Shown here piece after piece: positions 24,657 to 36,407 of a stretch of 64,000 nt of DNA. The stretch lies in contig CATNEN010000001.1 of the NCBI GenBank assembly GCA_950097015.1, positions 1,240,001 through 1,304,000 on the forward strand, read 5' to 3'. The stretch's first letter is position 1; each line of letters begins with the position of its first letter. This DNA is from Macrostomum hystrix (Eukaryota; Animalia; Platyhelminthes). The translations under genes and the position numbers were made by a program. Below the pieces are notes generated by a model that did no database searches, was not told where the DNA came from, and saw nothing but the letters and a program-made list of their open reading frames with translations.

Positions 24657-25312
24657 TTTAGTCCGTAACTAGAGAAGTGAGCATACCTAAGCTTGACGGC
24701 AACAATCTTTCAATTAGAAATCTAACAATAATGGCTGTACGCAATGTCTCTATTTCTATTTGTCTGCACGGGGCGCCTCTCGATAAAACAATACTTGTTT
24801 AGAAAACACACTGCATCGGCGCTTGCACACTATAATTAGCCATGACATGCTGATTACAGGGGATGAGGCAGGCAGGCAGACAGACAGCGGCCTCCAATTA
24901 AGTTACCGCGAAAATCTTGGCAAGCATGCGCGGAGCTCTCGAGTTTGTGTTTTCGAGTTTGTCGGCAGGGGTGCGTGCTTCCCGAATTCTTCTCCTGACT
25001 AGAGGCGGCTGATGTGATAGAATATGATTGATTGGAACGAAACGCAATCTACCTTATCTACCTTAAGGTATATACAACGCTAGTATAAAGACTAGCAATT
25101 CTAGCCCCCCTCCAGGTTTCACAGTAAAAAAATCGGAATCTAATTAATGGCCTCTCAATATGCAATTATTCAGCTAAATATCGAAGCATTATGCTAGATA
25201 TCTGCTCCGTAAGTTAACTTTCAACTTGTTCCTTCATTAAGCTTTTTATCTCCTAGTTAAATTCATATTCTATAGTCTCATTTGGCTAAGTAGATAGCAA
25301 GCTTATGGGATG

Positions 25313-25658
25313 GTAATAATTATAATAATAATATAAGTAATAATTTCAGGATCGGGCTGCGAGCAATGGCACATCATTTGGTGACACTTGACCCACAGCC
25401 AGCGAGGAGGCAATTCTGTTCATTTCGCTGACTCCTGAGCACATGCACATAGATACTGTACGCAGGTACACACTCACACAGGTGTGTACATCTGCCCTGA
25501 ATTTCTCATCGTCAGGCAGTGTACACTCTCACTGAGCCTTGGAGGTTGGCCCTCAAGCCTTCTCTCTGCGGCTGCACCCCAGTGGCCTCGCCGCGGAATC
25601 GAGCTCAGGGACCTTGGTGCGAGAGCCAAACGCGTTAACCGCTCTGCCCCGACCTCCC
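25313..25658 (-). mobile_element. Full-length tRNA-derived SINE with (ATT)n tail
   Basis: 5' GGGAGGTCGGGGCAGAGCGG (A box) ... GAGCTCGATTCC (B box); internal hairpin; ATT-rich tail; at least 5 copies in the window. Confidence 0.82.
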
Positions 25659-25679
25659 ACCACATGGGGAGTCAGAAAG

Positions 25680-25847
25680 TCTCTGAATATGAAGGATCTC
25701 TGAATATGAAGGATCTCTGAATATGAAGGATCTCTGAATATGAAGGATCTCTGAATATGAAGGATCTCTGAATATGAAGGATCTCTGAATATGAAGGATC
25801 TCTGAATATGAAGGATCTCTGAATATGAAGGATCTCTGAATATGAAG
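25680..25847. repeat. 17-bp perfect minisatellite CTCTGAATATGAAGGAT x10
   Basis: Units start at 25681, 25698 ... 25834. Confidence 0.97.
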
Positions 25848-26092
25848 TCACTCGAGAAATAACAATCCGGATAGCTAATTATAACATTTATTTTAAGCTG
25901 TTGTTATTGCTTGTAAAACGAGTACACTACACAGTGTAGGTATATAGCAAGGGAATTTTAATTGTGAGCATGTGAATGCTCAGTGCAATAGTTTTCAACA
26001 CAAATTACAGAACAGTTATTCTGTAATTTGTGTAAGGCTGGCGAGTTAATTCGCCAGCCATGCAGAAGATTGGCTTTCCTAAGCAAATACAA

Positions 26093-29000
26093 CTAAAGAA
26101 GGCTCATTCGCCTTGAAGTCTTGCAGAAGTGCCAGAACCTTCCACCAGCTTGGGCATCCTCGGTTCGTGCGCGCAAACTGCTGCCAGAGTCGCCAATGAG
26201 AAGCTGATCCGCTGGAGACACCTTCGGATGACCTATCCACCAGTAGCTAAAATGATTTACAACAAATCATCAGTGGCTTATTGAATGCATATCAAGCACA
26301 TACATGATGGAATATAAATTGCCATCTTCATTACTTCTTAAACGGTAAAAAGTTATTAGTTATTACAAGTTGATTAATATTTAGCAATAGCATGCATGCT
26401 GATAACATCATTAAATAGCTAACTAGAGAACAATTCTGTGTATCACTAGAATAGTAGAGTAGAATGAACCAGTTAGCGATACAGTTTCTTTATTCACAAC
26501 ATAGACAGAAAAGCAAATGAACTTACAACCCAACAGAAACCGGCAGTCTGTTCTTAACCCAAATAAAGAAATTTGCACCAGCGATGGCTCTCTGGGCGCC
26601 GATCCAGGCGGCCTCGTTGTTCTTCACGCAGTCCGAGCACTGACTCCAGTCTCGCTTGATGTTCCACTGCCTGGCGCTGTAGTCCTGGAACCAGCTCAGC
26701 TCACCTTCACTCGAGATCCACAGCAGGTCGGACCCGCTTCCCCGACTCTGACAGTCCGTCCTCGCCTGGTCGAAGGTCCTACCGTTCGCTCCCTTGACCA
26801 GCAGGTAGCAGAAGTCGCCGTTCTCGATCCAGTCCGATGACGGACAAGCTCCGTCGTACGCAGTAGTCGTGGGTGCCGACGTGGACACACTGGTGACTGT
26901 CGATGGCTCAGTTGATGTTGTTAGGACGGTTGTTGCAGTGCTCGCCCTGAACCTTAACTTGCAGATGTGCCACATCTTTGATGCAGCAGTCGCACTTCTC
27001 ACTCTCAGCTGCTGGCTGGTACCGCTGTCGTATAGGGAGCCGAAGTCGCTCGGGGGGTCTCTCGGGTGACCGACGAACCAGTTGCTGAATGCGAAAATTA
27101 AGAGATTTAAAATTTGAGAAAGCCAATCTTGAATAGGCAGAAAAGTACACAGGGACCCACAGCGGCACACACTCACATGGAGGTCTGGTCGATGCCGGTC
27201 TTGTCCCCCCAGCCCCAGACTCCGCCGCTCCGCCTCAGTGACGTCCACGCAGCCGAGTCCGACTGGCAATCCCTGCACTGAGCCCAGTCCCTCCTCAGGT
27301 TCCAGGCCGCCTTCGAGTTGTCCGTCACCCAAGCCGCTTCCTCGGCTGACTCGATCCACAACAGACCGGCTTGCGGGTGCCGGCTTGAGCAGTCTCTAGC
27401 CGCCTCGTCAACGCCTCGTCCGGTGTCGCCTCTTACCAGCAGGTAGCAGGAGTCGCCCTGCTCCGTCCAGTCCCTCGCTGGACACGGGCCCAGGTACGGA
27501 GGCAGCGTGGTAGTCGACATCGGAGTGGACGTCGTGGGCTCTCTGTGCTGCACCTTGCAGAAGTGCCAGAACTTCCTGTCCGCGTCCTTGGTCTCCGAGC
27601 GGTACCTCATTTGAGAGCCCGTGTCGTCAGCGATGACAAAATCAGCAGGTGTTCCTCTCGGGTGACCGAGCCACCAGTCTCTGGAATAGGAAATTGGTTT
27701 TTTATTGCTTTGTTTGTATTAATCTTCATCACGAATTCTTTCAGAGCATTCAGGCACACCTTCTTCTACAAAAGCTAAAAAACGTTTGAAAAATTAGAAG
27801 CTATTTGTATAAAATTTAAATTCAGCTTATGTGGTCCATCTGACACGTCGTGAAATTCTGTTTCACCGTTTCAATTAAAAAATTTATAAATGTTTTTATC
27901 AACTTCTTGTGCACGACTTAGGTATTCTGATATTTTTGTTTCTTTTGTGCTGTAAACAATGCAGCGAAATACAGTTTTATATATTCTTTCCTGCCTGTAA
28001 AGCTGCAATACTAATGTGCCCAACATTTAAAAAGACCAAAACATACCTGGATATCCAGCAATATAAATATTTTGGCAAGCTGTGGACAATAACACAACAT
28101 TTAGTGACACAACGCCCTTGACGACTAATCTTCAAGGCGCAGTAAAAGTATACACTGCCTGGCCAAGTAAAGTCAGGGCAGTTGTACATACTTGTGTAAG
28201 TGTGTGATCCGATACAGTTCTCGTGTGCTCAGGGGTCAGCTAATTCGGAAAAATTGCCTCTGCTGATTGCGGGTCTACTGTACGACAAGCCCCCAAGCCT
28301 TCTATCCCGGCAGGGCCCCAATAAATGTGAACTCAACGCGGAAAAAAGGTCATGAAACGTCTTGAACGCTCTGCCACTCGTCTCCGGGGAGTACAAATGA
28401 TATAATAGTGTTTGGCATTACCTATAGTTTAAACCTAAAGGACCACTAGAACCATTCATTCCATGATCTAGCTCTTAGAAGTCCATGTCCAATTATAAAA
28501 GCTTTCGTGAAAAAAACACAAAAAAATATTTTTGCGTCAGACTCAGGGCACCGGTAATTAACTCACAAGGTAACTCCCAGAGCCAGCCCATTCTGCAGCC
28601 ACTTGAACTGATCCAAAGCCACGTCTCGGTAGGCGCCGATCCAGGCGGCCTCGATGTTCTTCACGCAGTCTGAGCACTGACTCCAGTCCCGCTTGATGCT
28701 CCACTGCCTGGCGCTGTAGTCCTGGAACCAGCTCAGCTCACCTTCACTTGAGATCCACAGCAGGTCAGAGCCGCTTCCCCGACTCTGACAGTCTGTCCTC
28801 GCCTGGTCGAAGGTCCTTCCGTTCGCTCCCTTGACCAGGAGGTAGCAGAAGTCGCCGTTCTCGATCCACTCCGATGACGGACAAGCTCCGTCGTACGCAG
28901 TGGTCGTGGGTGCCGACGTGGACACACTGGTGACTGTCGATGGCTCAGTTGATGTTGTTAGAACGGTTGTTGCAGTGTTGGCCCTGAACCTGAACTTGCA

Positions 29001-30259
29001 GATGTGCCACATCTTCGATGTAGCATTCTCACTTCTCACTCTCAGCTGCTGGCTGGTGCCGCTGTCGTACAGGGAGCCGAAGTCGTTCGGGGGGTCTCTC
29101 GGGTGGCCGACGAACCAGTTGCTGAATGCGAAAATGGGGAGAGTCAAAAGTTGAGAAGGCTAAAATTGCATGGGCAGAAAATTACACCAAGACCGACAGC
29201 GGCAGACACTCACATGGAGGACTGGTCGATGCCGGTCTTGTCCCCCCAGCCCCAGACTCCGCCGCTCCGCCTCAGCGACGTCCACGCAGCCGAGTCCGAC
29301 TGGCAGTCCCTGCACTGAGCCCAGTCCCTCTTCAGGTTCCAGGCCGCCTTCGAGTTGTCCGTCACCCAAGCCGCTTCCTCGGCTGACTCGATCCACAACA
29401 GACCGGCTTGCGGGTGCCGGCTTGAGCAGTCTCTAGCCGCCTCGTCAACGCCTCGTCCGGTGTCGCCTCTTACCAGCAGGTAGCAGGAGTCGCCCTGCTC
29501 CGTCCAGTCCCTCGCTGGACACGGGCCCAGGTACGGAGGCAGCGTGGTAGTCGACATCGGAGTGGACGTCGTGGGCTCTCTGTGCTGCACCTTGCAGAAG
29601 TGCCAGAACTTCCTGTCCGCGCCCTTGGTCTCCGTGCGGTACCTCATTTGAGAGCCGGAGTCGTATGCGAGCACATAGTCTGCCGGCCATTCTTTTGGCT
29701 GTGACAGCCACCAATTTCTGAAGTTTTTTTTCAAAGCTTTGAAGATAACACACGCACGTTCGGAGTATGAAATTTGAAACTAGATTCAAGTTTCACATTT
29801 TGTTATTAGCCTGAAATTAGAAATGCAGTCACGAATCTGCGGAACTTACAATTTCACTTCAACTGCCTTGTCGTCTATAGTCCATTTGAAAATTCCCGTG
29901 TCGCTTCTGTAGGCGCCGATCCAGGCGGCCTCGATGTTCTTCACGCAGTCCGAGCACTGACTCCAGTCTCGCTTGATGTTCCACTGCCTGGCGCTGTAGT
30001 CCTGGAACCAGCTCAGCTCACCTTCACTCGAGATCCACAGCAGGTCGGACCCGCTTCCCCGACTCTGACAGTCCGTCCTCGCCTGGTCGAAGGTCCTACC
30101 GTTCGCTCCCTTGACCAGCAGGTAGCAGAAGTCGCCGTTCTCGATCCAGTCCGATGACGGACAGTTTTGCTGTGCTAACACAAGCGAATGCGACAGTGCT
30201 AGGTCTAGTACTACGGCTAGAAAAAGTGGTAGAAGAAGCCGTAAGTTATGCTTGTCCAT
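26093..30259 (-). CDS. Secreted protein with five atypical C-type lectin-like domains (A-B-A-B-A) and Thr-rich linkers, about 894 aa; exons 30259-29850, 29717-29214, 29121-28567, 27680-27177, 27084-26527, 26246-26093
   Basis: Signal peptide; CPxxW...CYLLV...ARxDC...LLWI...AAWIG...NW...WHFCK repeated five times; all five introns are GT-AG and phase 2 and splice into one frame ending in TAG; AATAAA at 25887-25892. Confidence 0.88.
28090..28385 (-). mobile_element. SINE copy in lectin intron 3 with an internal inversion (about 28112-28280)
   Basis: Head (28284-28385) and tail (CATTTAGTGACAC) are in minus orientation; the central body is in plus orientation. Confidence 0.65.
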
Positions 30260-30770
30260 TGTGGAGAGTTGAACTCGAAAAGTGATTTTTGCTCAGTCCA
30301 GCAGCTTAAATTGTTCTTCTGGGCTCCACTCTGGAAAAATACTGGTTTCTGACTGGTATCACTGAATTTCCCATGGGAATTTTTACCCATGACTTCGAAC
30401 GACTAAGTCAGTCAGATGGCACGCATAGTTGCGATAAGATTCGTGATTGTTAAATTCACAATTCTCCAAAAAGCAACGCAAACAAAAACAGTTTTTCCCG
30501 AAGTAAAAAACTCGAACTGGGAACAGCCATTTCCCGATTGTGGGCATTTTAATCGTATTTCGTGGTGGTACGTGGCCAGTCTTGCAGTGATAAGAAGTCG
30601 CTGTTCTTTGCTAGTCGAGCTTCTCTCTCATATAATTCATATTTCTCAGAAATAAATTACTGAGCAACTTTTTAGCAATGACAGCTCGCAATGACAGCCC
30701 AGAAGACAGGATTGATAAAAAACTGTTTTTCTGTCGTCCCCAAAGGTTCTTCGAGTTTTTTGTTCGAGTC

Positions 30771-33700
30771 TCACTCGAAGGTGACGCCCAGATCGGCGGG
30801 TCGAAAGTGCACACTGCCGGCGTTGAAGTAGGAGTCTAGAGCTTCGTCAATGTCAGCGAGCAGCCGAACCGCGCAAGGCAGCAGACTGAGCAGGCCGCCC
30901 AGAAGGACTCTCTCGGAAGCGCTGATTCGCCCGTGCAGAGCATGGTGTGTCACCGATTTCAATGGATTCGTCCGGCTCAACAGCTCCCGAATGCCAGACA
31001 CTAGGCTGTCAATCTCCGACCGCTTGCCGAGTTGCACGGAGTTCTCTCCGCCGACCCTAATCTGGCCGAGAGGCTCGAGGACGCCACGTTCGATTGAGTC
31101 GGTTGTCATGCCAACATGGCGCAGCGCCTTCAAATACTCGTCCGCGTAGCGAGCGTCCGGACAGCGGACAAGCTCCGGGCGGTTGGCTCGAAGCTCGGAG
31201 AATTCGGACAGCGACCCCAGCGGAGCCAGCCGACCGCCGCCGAGCAGCAGTTTGGCATAGTTAATAAGGCCGGTCAAGTTGGCCTCGAAGTGGGCTTCGA
31301 TTTGGCGCAGTCGTGGCAGCGCTCCCGCCGTCGGGTGCTGCAGCCGGGACAGCTGGAACTGGCGCACACAGCGCAGCATCAGCAAACTCTTCTCTGCGGG
31401 AATTAAGAGCCGATTTTTCACAGGCATCCAATTCAAATTTTAGCTTTTTTCTGCTACCGTTTTTTTAGAATCAAATAAGCCGATGGCGCTACTAAATCAG
31501 TAGTGGAGTTTAGATATTGGAGTTTTTTTAAACAGACTATTTTTGTCTTTTCGAGACGAAAAACCTATTTTGTACTGATGCACAGGAAGTAGAAAAACAA
31601 GGAATTACATTTTGTTTGTTGCTTCTATGAAGAAGTGATGGCTTTGGTAAAGCTCAGCACCAGTAAACAGATTTCTCAGCTCTCAACAAAACTAAAAGCA
31701 TAATCTATTTGAGTGCTTCTAAACTCGCAAAGCGCGATGGAACAATAGAATGAGTTTTTATTATCTGGTTGGAACATTTTATTCCTATTTGGCAAAAGCC
31801 ATCAGTGAATGACGTCAGCACACAATGGTAATTGAAAGGAGAGAATAGGATTGGGTCCATTTCGACAGTTGAGAGACTGATATATGACAGGTGAGACACA
31901 ATGATATGACTAGGGAGAAACTGAGTCAGGTGAGATGCAGTGATTTGACATGTGAGTTGAGCAGTAACGCACCATTGCCACTGATGTCATACTCAGCGGG
32001 CATCAATCCGTTTCGCCATTCTTCAGCAGCCAGTTCCAGTTCCTCAGGCCAGACCCGGATTCGCAGGCTGAGGCATTTCAAGCTGAGCTTTCTCAAAGCC
32101 ACGTCAGTTACAAAGCAACCGATAAACTCTCGCTCCAATAGGCCGGACTGGATGTCCGAGCGAAGCTGGGCTAGACCAGTGGGACCAGTTGGGCACAGGA
32201 TGCACAGGCAGTCTGGGGATGGATTCGAGTCTCTACCGTTAGCTATATTAAATGTCTAACATGTTAATTCACTGTCTGACAGGATTTTTCACTGCCGTAC
32301 AGGTGACTCCACTATCTAACAGGTGACTCCGCTATCTAACAGGTGACTCCACTGTCTAACAGGTGACACCACCGTCTAACAGGTGACTCCACCGTCTAAC
32401 AGGTGACTCCACCGTCTAACAGGTGACTCCACCGTCTAACAGGTGACTCCACCGTCTAACAGGTGACTCCACTGTCTAACAGGTGACTCCACCGTCTAAC
32501 AGGTGACTCCACCGTCTAACAGGTGACTCCAGTGTCTAACAGGTGACTCCACTGTCTAACAGGTGACTCCACTGTCTAACAGGTGACTCCACTATCTAAC
32601 AGGTGACTCCACTATCTAACAGGTGACTCCACTATCTAACAGGTGACTCCACTATCTAACAGGTGACTCCACTATCTAACAGGTGACTCCGCTATCTAAC
32701 AGGTGACTCCGCTATCTAACAGGTGACTCCGCTATCTAACAGGTGACTCCACTATCTAACAGGTGACTCCACTGTCTAACAGGTGACACCACCGTCTAAC
32801 AGGTGACTCCACCGTCTAACAGGTGACTCCACCGTCTAACAGGTGACTCCACCGTCTAACAGGTGACTCCACCGTCTAACAGGTGACTCCACCGTCTAAC
32901 AGGTGACTCCACCGTCTAACATGTGACTCCACTGCCGTACAGGTGACTCCAGTGTCTAACAGGTGACTTCACCGTCTAACAGGTGACTCCACTATCTAAC
33001 ATGTGACTCCACTGCCGTACAGGTGACTCCAGTGTCTAACAGGTGACTTCACAGTCTAAAAGGTGATTCCACTATCTAACAGGTGACTCCACTATCTAAC
33101 AGGTGATTCCGCTATCTAACACGTGACTCCACTATCTAACAGGTGACTCCACTGTCTAATAGGTGACTCCACCGTCTAACACGTGACTCCACTATCTAAC
33201 ACGTGACTCCACTATCTAATAGGTGACTCCACCGTCTAACAGGTGACTCCACTATCTAACATGTGACTCCACTGCCGTACAGGTGACTCCAGTGTCTAAC
33301 AGGTGACTCCACTATCTAACAGGTGACTCCACTATCTAACAGGTGACTCCGCTATCTAACAGGTGACTCCGCTATCTAACAGGTGACTCCACTATCTAAC
33401 AGGTGACTCCACTATCTAACATGTGACTCCACTGCCGTACAGGTGACTCCAGTGTCTAACAGGTGACTTCACAGTCTAAAAGGTGATTCCACTATCTAAC
33501 AGGTGACTCCACTATCTAACAGGTGATTCCGCTATCTAACACGTGACTCCACTATCTAACAGGTGACTCCACTGTCTAATAGGTGACTCCACCGTCTAAC
33601 ACGTGACTCCACTATCTAACACGTGACTCCACTATCTAATAGGTGACTCCACCGTCTAACAGGTGACTCCACTATCTAACATGTGACTCCACTGCCGTAC

Positions 33701-35855
33701 AGGTGACTCCAGTGTCTAACAGGTGACTTCACCGTCTAAAAGGTGATTCCACTCTTCCAACAGGTGACTCCACTGTCTAACAGGTGACTCCAGTGTCTAA
33801 CAGGTGACTCCACTATCTAACAGGTGACTCCACTGTCTAACAGGTGACTCCACTGTCTAATATATTCTATGCAATGTAACTCTAATATAATTGATAAACC
33901 TAGTCTTATAAAAGGGCAACCTCTAACATCAAGAAAAACGCCTGGAATCTGGAAGCAAACACTTCCCAAACCAGCCCTACCAGTCTACTCGAGATTAGAT
34001 TACAGCTCAGTGCACACCTGTAGTAGACTGTGTATTCAATTTTAATCAACTTCACCCATCTTAACCTTCGCAGTGTTGATTTAAGATTGCAATTCACTTA
34101 AAATCTAGCGAGATAGTAAGTTCTTATTTTATACTTCGTCGATAACAGGTTAGCAAAACTACTCAAAGTTATTAGTACTTTAGTTTCTTCTGAGTAATTT
34201 AGGAAAATATTGTTACTAATTTATCCCAATATGTCTCTTCACAATGTCATAATCCTAATTTATCACTAACTTCTCTCTTCCCACTGTCTCAATTCTAATT
34301 TATCCCCAACTTCTCTCTTCCCACTGTCATAATCCTAATTTATCCCCAACTTCTCTCTTCCCACTGTCCTAATCCTAATTTATCCCCAACTTCTCTCTTC
34401 CCACTGTCCTAATCCTAATTTATCCCCAACTTCTCTCTTCCCACTGTCCTAATCCTAATTTATCACTAACTTCTCTCTTCCCACTGTCCTAATCCTAATT
34501 TATCCCTAACTTCTCTCTTCCCACTGTCCTAATCCTAATTTATCCCCAACTTCTCTCTTCCCACTGTCCTAATCCTAATTTATCCCCAACTTCTCTCTTC
34601 CCACTGTCCTAATCCTAATTTATCACTAACTTCTCTCTTCCCACTGTCCTAATCCTAATTTATCCCCAACTTCTCTCTTCCCACTGTCCTAATCCTAATT
34701 TATCCCCAACTTCTCTCTTCCCACTGTCCTAATCCTAATTTATCCCCAACCTCTCTCTTCCCACTGTCTTAATCCTAACCTCGCTCTTCCCACTGTCTTA
34801 ATCCTAACCTCTCTCTTCCCACTGTCTTAATCCTAACCTCGCTCTTCCCACTGTCTTAATCCTAACCTCTCTCTTCCCACTGTCCTAATCCTAATTTATC
34901 CCCAACTTCTCTCTTCCCACTGTCCTAATCCTAATTTATCCCCAACTTCTCTCTTCCCACTGTCCTAATCCTAATTTATCCTCATCTTCCCAGTCTAAAT
35001 TCCCAACCTGCCCTACTCAATACAACAGCTCACAATGAGTGCTCACTGTCAGTGAAGCCTTCAATGGTGGCGCCCAGCAGAAGACGACGTTTGCAGAAAT
35101 ACCTGCGCAGCCTGAGCAGATCAGATTTCTGCAGCAGGGCGCCAAAGCGCTCAGCCAGGTTGACTAGAAAATACCGCCTTGAGCCCAGCTGCTCAGGTCT
35201 GAGCGGCTCAGCATCCATGATGTCAAGGAGAACTGCCACATCGCCTGCAGGTGATTTGTTTGCTTTTTTACCTTTAACTAAGTCACCTGCTAGAGTAGAT
35301 GAGGCATCGGAGTAGGGAGAGGGATCTGAACAGAGGAATCTGAGTAGTGGGATCTGAGCAGAGGGATCTGAGCAGTGGGATCTGAGCAGGGGATCTGAGC
35401 AGAGGGATCTGAGCAGTGGGATCTGAGCAGTGGGATCTGAGCTGGGGATCTGAGCAGAGGGATCGGAGCAGAGGAATCTGAGCAGGGGGTCTGAGCAGAG
35501 GGATCTGAGTAGTGGGATCTGAGCGGTGGGATCTGAGCAGTGGGATCTGAGCTGGGGATCTGAGCAGAGGGATCTCAGCAGGGGAATCTGAGCTGGGGAT
35601 CTGAGCAGAGGGATCGGAGCAGAGGAATCTGAGCAGGGGATCTGAGCAGAGGGATCTGAGCAGTGGGATCTGAGCAGTGGGATCTGAGCAGTGGGATCTG
35701 AGTAGGGGGATCTGAGCAGTGGGATCTGAGCAGGGGGATCACAGCAGGGATTGTATCTGGGCAAGTACTAATGACAATCAATCATGTGATGCAATCTCTT
35801 TCAACTCACCCGGCTTTCTATCGTAGAATGGTTTCTTGGAATCCAACAGCGCCAT
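30771..35855 (-). CDS. Unknown multi-exon gene X, copy A; exons 35855-35810, 35325-35034, 34017 to about 33921/33928, about 32232-31950, and about 31393-30771 (internal junctions uncertain)
   Basis: MALLDSKKPFYDRKP|DPSPYSDASS...SEHS|LCALSCNL... joined by in-phase GT-AG sites; GC-rich open exons retained in both duplicate copies; no domain recognised. Confidence 0.6.
32280..33860. repeat. 20-bp minisatellite AGGTGACTCCACTRTCTAAC, about 79 units (gene X intron)
   Basis: Strict 20-bp phase. Confidence 0.96.
34240..34985. repeat. 40-bp minisatellite AATCCTAATTTATCCCCAACTTCTCTCTTCCCACTGTCCT with 31-bp variants
   Basis: Direct periodicity. Confidence 0.95.
35320..35750. repeat. 13-14-bp minisatellite GGGATCTGAGCAGT overlapping the exon 2 acceptor of gene X
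   Basis: Direct periodicity; minus-strand unit CTGCTCAG|ATCCC. Confidence 0.93.
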
Positions 35856-36407
35856 GACCTTGGCGATTGGAAGCAAAAAACAAAGCCAAATTTGTCTGTG
35901 AAAAGTGCCAACGGATCGCAGGTTGCTGCGCGCAGTGAGTTTACAATTATCCAGTTGTAGTACAATAGACTATATGCACTGCCGGCTCTTCATTTTATGA
36001 TCGTGAGAAATGCTATTTTATTCTCCAAGATGAAAGTCTTGCTTGTCGAATCCAAATTTGACATAGCACAGAGCGATGATACACTTCACTAACAAAGCCA
36101 GCAGTTTCATTTGCAAGACACCTTGGCGACATCTATGCGTCTATTTTACGCATGCTTTTTGTTATAAGGATTTTCCTTTCTAATTTATTTTACTACTAGT
36201 CACTGCTGCTGTGCGATAAACCACCCACGTTGTTGAAATTTCTTAACTACTTGCCAGTGTCACTTGTAATTCTGTCCTTACATTTAAGTAGAAACATTTT
36301 ATTATTTGTCAATTTTTTAAAAACAAACTCACATTAGGGCGTTTGGCAATTTGATGATTTCACCATGAGACTGCTTACACTGTGAGGGATAGGTGGGTGA
36401 GAATATG

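Noticed and set aside
25500-25530. Hammerhead ribozyme core (CTGACGA...GAAA) in the SINE
   Set aside because: No stem II between the motifs, and they are not conserved in other copies; it is the loop of a simple hairpin.
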